Of a stretch of 23,058 nt of DNA, positions 8,966-16,951 are shown piece by piece. This stretch comes from Patescibacteria group bacterium (GTDB taxonomy: Bacteria; Patescibacteriota; Minisyncoccia; Phycocordibacterales; JBBUBG01), in the NCBI GenBank assembly GCA_040384765.1, contig JAZKIQ010000005.1, positions 64,490 through 87,547 on the forward strand. The letters are read 5' to 3'. The notes under the pieces are model-generated. The model was given only the letters and a program-made list of their open reading frames with translations, had not been told where the DNA came from and did not search any database. The translations under genes and the position numbers were made by a program. Numbering within the stretch: position 1 is the first letter of the stretch; every line of letters begins with the position of its first letter.

Positions 8966-9865
8966 CTAGAAGCCGAAAGCCCTGTAGAGCTGAGGCGTGC
9001 TCATCTCGGCGCACTCCTTATTGCGCGCCTGCTGGAGCTCCATCGAATCCTTGCACGACGAGAACAGCTTGCGCGTCTCGTCCTTGGCCGGGCCGGGGAG
9101 CCCTTCGAGCTCGCGCTCGAGGAGGTTCCAGCGGCCCATCGGGAACTTGGCCTGGCCTTCGAGCCAAGCCATCATCCGATCCCGGTAGTAGAGCTCCTGG
9201 CGCCGGCTCATCTTCGTGAAGTCGAGCCCTTCCTTCATGTCGGTGTTATCCTCCACGAACAGCTGCTCGCCCTCCTTCACGTAGTTGCCAGCCGGTCCCA
9301 TGACGGCCGTCCCGATGTCTGCGAGCATGACAGCCCGTGATACCGGGAGGCACTCGGGCGTCAGCGCCTTCTGCACCACCGTCATCACAGACGGGTCGAA
9401 GACCGCGACCGTACCCATGATGGCATCGTCCACGACCTTGTAGTGCTCGTCGGTGAAGTTCACGTCCGGAAGCGCCTCGTTCGCGATCCGCATCTGGCGA
9501 ACGGCGAACTCCACAGAGCCGCGCTCGTTTTCGCCCGAATGCCGCTTGCGAAAGGTACGTCCGAACTCCTTGTCCTCCGCCGTCTTGTGCATGTTGACGA
9601 TCGTGAACTTCTGCTCAACGTCGTGGCAGGTCGCCGCGATCATCGCGAGGCACAGGTCGATGTAGCTCACATAGCCAGTCTTGCCGGCGCTGAAAGCCAC
9701 GATCAACTTGCGCGCTCGCTGCATCACCCCGAGCGAGTGGTTGAACTGGTGGAAAGCCATCGGCCCTCCACCGATCCCAAACCGCTGCTGGACGATCTGA
9801 AGCGCGAACGCCGAGATCGCAAACACGGCGTGGGAATGGTTGTTGTCCTCGAGATTCTCCCGCAC
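8966..9865 (-). CDS. HD-domain metal-dependent phosphohydrolase (PDEase-like)
   Basis: FHQFNHS...AATCHD...ENERGS...LADIG. SD GGAGGTG before GTG. Confidence 0.65.
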   Translation of the reverse strand: MRENLEDNNHSHAVFAISAFALQIVQQRFGIGGGPMAFHQFNHSLGVMQRARKLIVAFSAGKTGYVSYIDLCLAMIAATCHDVEQKFTIVNMHKTAEDKEFGRTFRKRHSGENERGSVEFAVRQMRIANEALPDVNFTDEHYKVVDDAIMGTVAVFDPSVMTVVQKALTPECLPVSRAVMLADIGTAVMGPAGNYVKEGEQLFVEDNTDMKEGLDFTKMSRRQELYYRDRMMAWLEGQAKFPMGRWNLLERELEGLPGPAKDETRKLFSSCKDSMELQQARNKECAEMSTPQLYRAFGF

Positions 9866-9934
9866 AAAGCACCTCCGAAACTATTCGCACTATTCAATGA
9901 CAAAGCCCGAAACGGGCAAACGTATACAGTATAT

Positions 9935-9962
9935 ATTATACCATATTTTGTATAAAAAGCAA
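9935..9962 (-). promoter_or_regulatory. Sigma70 promoter for the HD-domain gene
   Basis: TTGCTT-16 nt-TATAAT with extended -10 TG. Confidence 0.6.
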
Positions 9963-9976
9963 GTCTCCTGAAGGCT

Positions 9977-10624
9977 TTAGGAAGTGAGTCTTTTCAACAC
10001 TGAAAAGGCCGGTTCAACATCCTTTTCTTCAAAAAGAATCGTGAGCTCGGTATCGACAGAGATGATCTCGACAAAGTTGATCCCCTCCCAGGCAAGGGCT
10101 TTCAGTATCGGATAGTAGACTCCTGGCACATCAAGGCTCGCCACAGGCAAACGCATAGTGATTGAAGCAAGGTCGCTCATTGTTCTAAACCCTGGCTCTT
10201 TCTTTAGTATTTTTGCAATATCGCTTGCGCGCTCTTTGCTCACAACCACCACAGACGCGTGGTGCCCATGAGAGATGTTAAGAAAGTCTCGATCGCTCCT
10301 TGCAGCTTCGAGAACCTTTTTGTGAAGCTCCGGGGTACGCGGGGTAGAGGAAAAGATAAACTCAACAAGATGAGATCGAACTGTTATGTCACCAAGCTGC
10401 TTAAGAAAACGGCTCCCGTAGGATGATTTCTTAAAACGAGGCGAGAGGCGGTGAATCGCCATTGAAACAGATGCCAGCGACACCTCTTCGTACAAACGTT
10501 CCTCAACCTGCTTTTGTATCTTTCGCGCGATCTTGGCGCTATTCCCCACCCCCTCTGCGAGTACATCCGCGAGAAAAGGCGATTTTTCCAATATATCGAG
10601 CACTGCCTGGCTAACGGTTATCAT
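9977..10624 (-). CDS. ACT-domain protein (aspartokinase regulatory-domain-like) with helical N-terminus; putative regulator
   Basis: C-terminal ACT motif LASITMRLP....VPGVYYPILKALAWEGINFVEIIS..TELTILF. No kinase domain. Confidence 0.75.
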   Translation of the reverse strand: MITVSQAVLDILEKSPFLADVLAEGVGNSAKIARKIQKQVEERLYEEVSLASVSMAIHRLSPRFKKSSYGSRFLKQLGDITVRSHLVEFIFSSTPRTPELHKKVLEAARSDRDFLNISHGHHASVVVVSKERASDIAKILKKEPGFRTMSDLASITMRLPVASLDVPGVYYPILKALAWEGINFVEIISVDTELTILFEEKDVEPAFSVLKRLTS

Positions 10625-10931
10625 GTTAGAAAACTAACAAAATGTAATAAATCTGTAAATAACCGTTAAAAAATATACCTTTGCATCTCCCCGGATTATC
10701 CTCAACTACAGATCCTGCACAGTTCCCCAAAGAGAGGCCATCCATGTCTCGCACCTCACAGAGGAAGTTCGCTCAATCCTCCCTCACACTCGTCTTCAGC
10801 ATCTCCTTCTGGATCGCTGATCCGTCGGAGCGGCAAGAGACAGCAAGCTCCAAGCCCGAGACGAGTGAGGCGTCCGCACAAGAACGCAACAAGTGCGGAT
10901 AGAACCTACCACTGAAAGGAGGTGAACTCTC

Positions 10932-11060
10932 ATCTGCTCTTCTGGCATTCCTGTGAGGAATACGCCCCTCACTACTCGTGAGAAGATGCTGTTCGGTATC
11001 TTCTACGGAACACTGTTCTTTGGCTGGCTTGGGGGCCTGCTGTGGCTCACCTGCCGCTGA
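10932..11060 (+). CDS. Putative small membrane peptide (start uncertain: ATC 10932, GTG 10953 or ATG 10986)
   Basis: Perfect SD AAAGGAGGTGA at 10915-10925. Hydrophobic tail MLFGIFYGTLFFGWLGGLLWLTCR. Terminator at 11089-11114. Confidence 0.4.
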   Translation: MCSSGIPVRNTPLTTREKMLFGIFYGTLFFGWLGGLLWLTCR

Positions 11061-11088
11061 GAGGCCAGAAAGGTCGTTAAGAAGAACG

Positions 11089-11114
11089 AGAGAGCCTGAC
11101 CAGCTCTCTTTTTT
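11089..11114 (+). terminator. Intrinsic terminator
   Basis: AGAGAGC/GCTCTCT stem followed by a T run. Confidence 0.6.
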
Positions 11115-11121
11115 CTTACAG

Positions 11122-11160
11122 AAAAACCCACTCTCCAAAAAAAACAGAGAGTGGGTTTTT
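11122..11160. terminator. Intrinsic terminator downstream of the GH6 gene
   Basis: 14-bp inverted repeat AAAAACCCACTCTC/GAGAGTGGGTTTTT. Confidence 0.75.
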
Positions 11161-11182
11161 GATCTTTTTTAGCAGCTACAGA

Positions 11183-12226
11183 TTACCACCCAGCGCTCTT
11201 TGCAAGACCGAGCGCGTAGTCAGCCCACCATGATCCAGCCGCGGGGCCGCCATTGCATGGGCCATCAGACTCGCCAGGAATCTTGATCCAGAGATACGCA
11301 TCCACAAGCGCATTGCTCGATGATGCTATTGGGGTCTTGCCGAGAGCGCGGCCAGCAGGGTTGCACCACTCGCCATTCGAGCCTATACCGTTCCTGCTCG
11401 TATCGACGACATAGTGAACACCGCGAAGTTTTTTTGAGATTGCATTCCCAAATATCTCACTTTCAGCTGTCGTGAAAAAGTTGGATACGTTGAGAGAAAA
11501 ACCTGAGGCATTTTTAATACCCGCGTTTGTTAGTCGTGTCGCCATGACGTCGGCACTTGTCCATCCGTTGTTGCCTGCATCGATATATACCGATGTCGAG
11601 CCAAGGGCTTTCAGTACCGACACCGCATCGTTGATGAGCGCCGTACGCGCGGTCTGCCCTTCGAGTGGAATGCACGACATTGATGCGAGCGCGTCCGGCT
11701 CGAGGATCACCACGGCCGGCCGATTACCAATCCCGAGAGCAAAGTTTCTGATCCACATCTTGTACGCATCCGAGGTTTCAGAACCTCCACTTGAATACAA
11801 GGCACAGTCGCGATATGGGATGTTGTACGCAACCAAGATAGGGATGGTGCCGTTTGCTCTTGAGGCATCTACCGTACTTTTTACCGCCGCAGTAACATCT
11901 GGAATCCAGTTGCCAAACCATTCACCTACAGGCTGAAGCGCGAGCTTATCCATCACTGCAGCGTCAGCCGGACGCGAAAGTCTCCAATCGGCTGCTTGTA
12001 GCTCTGCATGTGAACCCGGCTTCACATAGAGCTTCGCACTTTTAATAATCGCCGAATCCACAGAAGTGTTAGCACTGCCGCCCTTTCCCGCCGCAAAGCT
12101 GTCAGACCCAAAAATGAGCACACCCACAACAATGAGAGCACCCAACACAAACAGGTGGTTGCTGTAGGCAAAACGTACGGGAGAAACAGAGGCCGTACGC
12201 TTTTGACGTGATTTATTCTTTTTCAT
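11183..12226 (-). CDS. Glycoside hydrolase family 6 (endoglucanase/cellulase), exported or membrane-anchored
   Basis: VAYNIPYRDC, VILEPDAL, VYIDAG, FSLNVSNF, VDTSRNG, WCNP.GR.LG, YLWIKIPGESDG.C. Basic plus hydrophobic N-terminus. Confidence 0.92.
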   Translation of the reverse strand: MKKNKSRQKRTASVSPVRFAYSNHLFVLGALIVVGVLIFGSDSFAAGKGGSANTSVDSAIIKSAKLYVKPGSHAELQAADWRLSRPADAAVMDKLALQPVGEWFGNWIPDVTAAVKSTVDASRANGTIPILVAYNIPYRDCALYSSGGSETSDAYKMWIRNFALGIGNRPAVVILEPDALASMSCIPLEGQTARTALINDAVSVLKALGSTSVYIDAGNNGWTSADVMATRLTNAGIKNASGFSLNVSNFFTTAESEIFGNAISKKLRGVHYVVDTSRNGIGSNGEWCNPAGRALGKTPIASSSNALVDAYLWIKIPGESDGPCNGGPAAGSWWADYALGLAKSAGW

Positions 12227-12299
12227 TTAAAACCAGAACTTAAGGAAGATATACTAAGGCTACAGCATACCTCGAAAGCTCAGCCTTAGGGCTTCGCGC

Positions 12300-12308
12300 T
12301 GTGGATAA
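12300..12308 (-). promoter_or_regulatory. DnaA-box consensus
   Basis: TGTGGATAA on + (TTATCCACA on -), intergenic, upstream of GH6. Confidence 0.4.
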
Positions 12309-12341
12309 GGGAAAGAAAGAAGCGGCCCACGCTAGTACTCT

Positions 12342-12635
12342 TTATTTTATAGCCTGGGCGAGCTCGGCCTTCATTGCTTCGATCTCCTTTTCGAGTGCAG
12401 TTTTTTGTTCTCCGAGCTTCGTGACTTCAGCCTCGCTTGGCGCGAGGGCGGCGAGTCCTTCCTCGAGCTTGGCTTTTTCTTTCGTGAGCTCGGCGATCTT
12501 TTCCTCAACTTTCCCTTTCTCTTTTTCGAGCTCCCCTTTCTTTTCAGTAAGGCGCTCTTGTGCCCGTGCAAAGTCGCGCAGAACTTCGGCAAGCTTTCCT
12601 TTGAGACTTTCGAGTGCTTCTATCGAGGTAGACAT
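12342..12635 (-). CDS. Coiled-coil hypothetical protein (97 aa)
   Basis: Heptad repeats of type L..EK..LE.EK, E/K rich. Confidence 0.75.
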   Translation of the reverse strand: MSTSIEALESLKGKLAEVLRDFARAQERLTEKKGELEKEKGKVEEKIAELTKEKAKLEEGLAALAPSEAEVTKLGEQKTALEKEIEAMKAELAQAIK

Positions 12636-12834
12636 AGGGAACAGATGCTAGGGTAATACTGGCAGTGTACCATCTAGCCATCGAAAATCCCGAGTGCTGG
12701 CCACTGAAGGCAGAAGGAATAGGTATATTCATGAACCTGTGTTGTAAAACAATATATTCTCTTTTTTGTCAAAAATAAGCGTATACTAACGTCTACGAGT
12801 TCATATCAATAACATAAGAGGTACAACACAACAT

Positions 12835-13029
12835 ATGGCAGACACAATCATCAACACGCCTCCCCAAACTCCCCGAGAGGACGCCACGGGAGGATGGGCA
12901 GTCGCAGTGATCGTCCTCCTTGGAGTAGTTGGCGGGTTCATCTGGTACACCTACTACCGCACTCCAGCCAAGCCAGGTACTACGAATATTAATGTGACCC
13001 TCCCAACAGGCGGCGCGAAATCACAATAG
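12835..13029 (+). CDS. Small single-pass membrane protein (64 aa)
   Basis: TM helix WAVAVIVLLGVVGGFIWY. TATACT upstream. Adjacent to the next gene. Confidence 0.7.
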   Translation: MADTIINTPPQTPREDATGGWAVAVIVLLGVVGGFIWYTYYRTPAKPGTTNINVTLPTGGAKSQ

Positions 13030-13031
13030 AT

Positions 13032-13277
13032 ATGGATCTCATCATCTGGATCATCTTCGGCGCAATAGTTGGATGGGCCGCAGGTAGAGTGATGGGCACA
13101 GGAGGAGGGCTTCTCTGGGATATCGTTGTCGGCATCGTCGGCTCGGTGATCGGCGGATTTTTGCTAAGCGGTGGAGGCCGCGGCGGATCAGGGGGTGTGA
13201 GCGTCTATGGCTTCATCGTCTCGCTCGTCGGCGCCTGCATTTTTATTGCCATTGCGAGAGCACTCCGAAAGGGATAA
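13032..13277 (+). CDS. GlsB/YeaQ/YmgE family (transglycosylase-associated) stress membrane protein
   Basis: IIWIIFGAIVGWAA...DIVVGIVGSVIGG...IVSLVGA pattern. Confidence 0.88.
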   Translation: MDLIIWIIFGAIVGWAAGRVMGTGGGLLWDIVVGIVGSVIGGFLLSGGGRGGSGGVSVYGFIVSLVGACIFIAIARALRKG

Positions 13278-13293
13278 CTCACCCATACGGCCT

Positions 13294-13330
13294 AAAAAGA
13301 AAAACACCCGTCCTGGGTGTTTTTCTTTTT
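13294..13330. terminator. Intrinsic terminator
   Basis: AAAAAGAAAAACACCC/GGGTGTTTTTCTTTTT inverted repeat. Confidence 0.75.
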
Positions 13331-13372
13331 GCGCGTAACCAATATGCCGAACTATGTGTTACAAAGACTGAT

Positions 13373-13678
13373 ATGACTAAAAACCCACTCACCAACGCCC
13401 TTACAGCAGCTCTCTATATTGTTGGGATAGTATCGCTTATGTACTTCGGGAGCACCTTCGTAGAGTCGGAAGACACGGTACTCATCCCTATGGCGATGCT
13501 CTCGCTTTTCACCCTTTCTGCGGCAGTCATGGCAACCGTATTCTTCTACCAGCCAATCTCCCTACTCCTTGAAGGCGAGAAGGAGTCTGCCTTCAAGCTG
13601 GCACTCCACACCATCGGATACTTTGCTGTTATCACGGCACTCTTTTTCCTCACGTTCCTCACTCTCTCATTTTTCTAA
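13373..13678 (+). CDS. Three-TM hypothetical membrane protein (101 aa)
   Basis: Three hydrophobic segments, clean ATG-TAA ORF. Confidence 0.75.
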   Translation: MTKNPLTNALTAALYIVGIVSLMYFGSTFVESEDTVLIPMAMLSLFTLSAAVMATVFFYQPISLLLEGEKESAFKLALHTIGYFAVITALFFLTFLTLSFF

Positions 13679-13682
13679 ATAG

Positions 13683-14105
13683 CTAGGCCAGCGTAGCTCG
13701 AGCACATTTGGAGCAGCGACAGCCAACCGGCTTGATGTGCACATCAAAATATTCTGTACCGTAATCAAAGAACAGTTCGGTGCCGGCCTTGATACGCTTG
13801 AGTGAAAAAATAAACACTTTTCCTTTCGGGCCAGTTGCTTCACAGTTAGGTGCACACGAGTGGTTGATATATCGCGCAATATTCGATGGGATATTTCCAT
13901 CGATCGTTTTGCCCTTATCAACTTCGAAAAGGTACTTACCCCAGTCGCGATCTGCCGTCTCATCACTGACGAGTTTTCCTGTGTACTCGATGATGCACGC
14001 TCCTTTTGGAATATCCTCTTCGGTAAAAAGGCCCTTTCCTGTACCCGACCGGCGCACCCGGAGCGCGTAGCCACCTGGCGTATATTTTGATCTCTTCGTT
14101 GTCAT
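13683..14105 (-). CDS. SET-domain protein-lysine methyltransferase
   Basis: GKGLF, IIEYTG, ARYINHSCAPNC, ELFFDYG and post-SET CRCSKC. Confidence 0.92.
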   Translation of the reverse strand: MTTKRSKYTPGGYALRVRRSGTGKGLFTEEDIPKGACIIEYTGKLVSDETADRDWGKYLFEVDKGKTIDGNIPSNIARYINHSCAPNCEATGPKGKVFIFSLKRIKAGTELFFDYGTEYFDVHIKPVGCRCSKCARATLA

Positions 14106-14154
14106 CGCTCACTGACCTTAGCATTCATATGCCACTCTCCGCTATACTAGCGGC

Positions 14155-15390
14155 ATGAAATCTCGCCGTTATCCGCCTGGATTTTTTGATATCCCTCAAG
14201 ATATCTCGGCAACGCTGCCGGTCGATATTATCGCCGAGTGGAATCATGGCGCTCAAACAGAAGAGGCCGCACGGGCGATACTCAGCAAAACACTCGTGCG
14301 CGGCACCATTGTCTCCTCAGACTCTTCCGGCCTCACCCGGCTTTCCGGGGAGATGGGGCTGATCGAAATACTAGCGGTCATCAACAAACCCAAAGAGCTC
14401 ATCTACGCGCACGGCACTGCAAACGGCGGAGAAGGGGTCGGCATCTGGGCTGCCGACAATACGCAGATGTTTTACCCTGAGTCCATACCTGCCGAAAAGA
14501 TTGTCGAGATGCTTGCGTACTTACGAAGCGACCTCGAAGAGAGCTGCGGCATCAAGCTCGGCATTGGAGCACACTTCGGCTCATTTTATTCGCTCGGCGG
14601 CGGCCTCTACGGCCCCGAGGCAGACGCCATCGAGGAGATCACCGAAAACCATCTAAGCGGCGGGCAGGTGCTCCTCTCTCACTCGTTCTGCGCACGCCTT
14701 CCGAAAAGCCATTCGTTTGAGATAACAGCAGTCGAAGAAGGTCTCGAGCATCTCGGCACCTCGCACTATCTGCACACAAAAAAAGTGGATGCTTCCTACC
14801 AGCTTGGCAGCCACCAGTACCCTATTCCCTATTCACAACCGTTTTATGAGGGGCTACACGCGTACCAAAAATCAAAAGATGCAAACCTCCTTGCAGATCT
14901 ATACGCAAGCTACACCGAAACAAAATGCGTCGTACTCGTCGAGCGCGAGCGAGAGGCCTCGGGCGCGGCAGAGTTGCTCCTCCTAAACGAGCTCGCTCTC
15001 ACCGCGGCAACAAAAAAGCTACTTGCACCCCTTATTGCCGCACACGAAGGCGAAGAGATAAAAACTGCTGGGAATATTACGATTGCTGTTTTTGATAGCG
15101 CGGCTCGCGCAGTCACGTTCTCACTTCTAGCGCGGACAGCACTGCGCGAAGTAGACATCGAGAGCCGCACAGGCATCGATACTGGCCCAGTACTTCTGTT
15201 TGATATACGAGATGGGATCAGAGATATCGCCGGCATGCCGGTAAACGTAGCTTCCAAGCTGGCCCAAGACAAAGGAGACAGCGGAAAAATATATGCGAGC
15301 GCAAGCGTAGCCCGCGAAACCACGCTTGAGCAGTTCACCGAACGAACATTTCAGGTGTCCGGTGTCGAGATCACCGCCTACGAGGGGTAG
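14155..15390 (+). CDS. Class III adenylate/guanylate cyclase with two cyclase domains
   Basis: N-domain SSDSSGLTRLS, AADN, GIGAHFG. C-domain IKTAGN, GIDTG, RDIAGMPVNVASKL. Confidence 0.75.
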   Translation: MKSRRYPPGFFDIPQDISATLPVDIIAEWNHGAQTEEAARAILSKTLVRGTIVSSDSSGLTRLSGEMGLIEILAVINKPKELIYAHGTANGGEGVGIWAADNTQMFYPESIPAEKIVEMLAYLRSDLEESCGIKLGIGAHFGSFYSLGGGLYGPEADAIEEITENHLSGGQVLLSHSFCARLPKSHSFEITAVEEGLEHLGTSHYLHTKKVDASYQLGSHQYPIPYSQPFYEGLHAYQKSKDANLLADLYASYTETKCVVLVEREREASGAAELLLLNELALTAATKKLLAPLIAAHEGEEIKTAGNITIAVFDSAARAVTFSLLARTALREVDIESRTGIDTGPVLLFDIRDGIRDIAGMPVNVASKLAQDKGDSGKIYASASVARETTLEQFTERTFQVSGVEITAYEG

Positions 15391-15405
15391 AGCAGGCCGA
15401 GCGAG

Positions 15406-15825
15406 CTAGGCTCCGGCCAGTCCCGGATTTTTAGCAGCTGCCAGCAACACCTTCTTCAGCGTAGGCAGGTTGAGGTCCTCGATCTTCTTAAAGCGAATGC
15501 AGCTTTTGCCTACGCTCACCTTCCCGAGCTCAGCTTTGTACTTATCGGCAACGTACTGGCCACCATTGACAGCACATACGTACAAACTAATATAATTTTT
15601 CTGGTTGGCGAGAGCTATTACCGGCCAGGTGATCGGCTCTTTTTTGTGGTTTCTATAGGGGAATGAGCCGTACCCAAGCATATTGGCCGCAAAGTGGGAT
15701 TTCAGCTTTGGCACCGTTTTCTCTATAAACGCATGCATCTGCAGTATCGTATCTTTTCGCTCCAAAGGCACCGCCGCAATATATTCGGCGACTGTCCGCG
15801 CCTTTGTCGGCTTGAACATGTTCAT
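15406..15825 (-). CDS. DUF1801 (YdhG-like) protein
   Basis: V.EYI...P......, MLGYG, ALANQKNYISLY, LGKVSVGKSCIRFKK.EDL. Confidence 0.85.
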   Translation of the reverse strand: MNMFKPTKARTVAEYIAAVPLERKDTILQMHAFIEKTVPKLKSHFAANMLGYGSFPYRNHKKEPITWPVIALANQKNYISLYVCAVNGGQYVADKYKAELGKVSVGKSCIRFKKIEDLNLPTLKKVLLAAAKNPGLAGA

Positions 15826-15848
15826 GGGTGACGTTCTCTCTAGAAACC

Positions 15849-16259
15849 TTACTTCTGTGCGGTAATGTTTACGAGCCAGGAAATTCCAAAATGGTCAGTC
15901 AGCATACCAAACATGTCTCCCCAAGGAGCTTTATCGAGTGGCACAGCGATAGATCCACCCGAAGAGAGCTTGTCCCAATACCCCTTTAACTCTGCTTCAT
16001 TTTCACCGCTCAGTGAAATCGAGATATTCGTGCCAGGATTGTAAGGCATACCAGGAGGAGTATCAGACGCCATGAGGGTCATCCCATTTTCGGCAATGAG
16101 CATACCGTGCATGATCTGATCAGCCACGGACTCATCAGGAACGCCGCCCTCTTTAAAGGTGGTCAGCGTGAGCGTGCCGCCAAAAACAGTCTTGTAAAAT
16201 TCGAGAGCCTCTTTCGCTTTACCATCGAAACTGATATAGGGGTTAAGTTTAGTCTGCAT
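15849..16259 (-). CDS. VOC-family protein (PhnB/YjdN-like)
   Basis: LNPYISFDG.AKEALEFYKTVFGG, IMHG, LMASD, PWGDMFGMLTDHFGISWLVN. Confidence 0.9.
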   Translation of the reverse strand: MQTKLNPYISFDGKAKEALEFYKTVFGGTLTLTTFKEGGVPDESVADQIMHGMLIAENGMTLMASDTPPGMPYNPGTNISISLSGENEAELKGYWDKLSSGGSIAVPLDKAPWGDMFGMLTDHFGISWLVNITAQK

Positions 16260-16270
16260 GGTTTTTAAGT

Positions 16271-16441
16271 TTAATTCTTTTTCCTGTTCTTTATGAGGTA
16301 CCTAACTCCAAAGATACCAGCTAGGAGCCCAAGCAGCTGCGCGCCAGGACTGTCATCATAGCCACCGTATATAAACATAAATACCCCGAAAAGTATTGCG
16401 AGGACCGAGCATAGTATTCTTTTTGTATTTATGGCAACCAA
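16271..16441 (-). CDS. Small two-TM membrane protein (56 aa; below track cutoff)
   Basis: Hand translation from TTG: MVAINTKRILCSVLAILFGVFMFIYGGYDDSPGAQLLGLLAGIFGVRYLIKNRKKN. TM-loop-TM with basic tail, co-oriented with neighbours. Confidence 0.65.
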   Translation of the reverse strand: MVAINTKRILCSVLAILFGVFMFIYGGYDDSPGAQLLGLLAGIFGVRYLIKNRKKN

Positions 16442-16522
16442 TACAGTTCTACCTTAGCACCTTCTTGTACTATCTGACCCTAAATGGTCAGACGAATCAG
16501 GAGCTTAATTGCGACGTAAGTA

Positions 16523-16852
16523 CTATCTAAAACGAGCTGCGGCAAGAAGAGCTAAGTAAAACAAAATTCCTGCTACGCAACCATACAGTACAGCCCCTTT
16601 AACGAAAGACCTGACCCGCGCTCGATCTTTTGGGACGAAGAGGTCGTCGTAAAGGAATACCTGCATTACGCCAACGTAGATCCATGTAAACATAAATAAA
16701 ATGGCGAACAACAGAAGATTTTGAGATACGCCCGCAAAAGTAAAAGCTACAACTATCAGAGGAATTCCCAAAACGCCTCCAACGATTACTGAAGTTAAGC
16801 GTTGCTTCAACCGATACGACTCTTCATCAAATAGTGCTTTCAAATGAGACAT
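16523..16852 (-). CDS. Three-TM hypothetical membrane protein (109 aa)
   Basis: Hydrophobic helices. Promoter TTGACA-17-CATAGT ends 6 nt before the ATG. Confidence 0.7.
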   Translation of the reverse strand: MSHLKALFDEESYRLKQRLTSVIVGGVLGIPLIVVAFTFAGVSQNLLLFAILFMFTWIYVGVMQVFLYDDLFVPKDRARVRSFVKGAVLYGCVAGILFYLALLAAARFR

Positions 16853-16858
16853 GCATTG

Positions 16859-16887
16859 ACTATGTAGCTATGTATAAGCCATGTCAA
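16859..16887 (-). promoter_or_regulatory. Sigma70 leaderless promoter
   Basis: TTGACA (16882-16887)-17 nt-CATAGT (16859-16864)-6 nt-ATG. Confidence 0.55.
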
Positions 16888-16928
16888 ATCTGCTCCAGGT
16901 TTTCCGCGCTCTGAGAAGAATATGGCCA

Positions 16929-16948
16929 CCACCAGTTTCACCAAAAGG
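16929..16948. repeat. 20-bp direct repeat, copy 1 (pairs with 17623-17642)
   Basis: CCACCAGTTTCACCAAAAGG vs CCACCATTTTCACCAAAAGG, 19/20 identical. Confidence 0.7.
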
Positions 16949-16951
16949 TGA

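Noticed and set aside
8856-9014. N-terminal extension of the ABC-F ORF
   Set aside because: It crosses a terminator-like hairpin and overlaps the HD gene. The ABC domain starts right after ATG 8855.
4175-12308. Replication origin
   Set aside because: Only two isolated DnaA boxes 8 kb apart, with no cluster and no dnaA/dnaN nearby.
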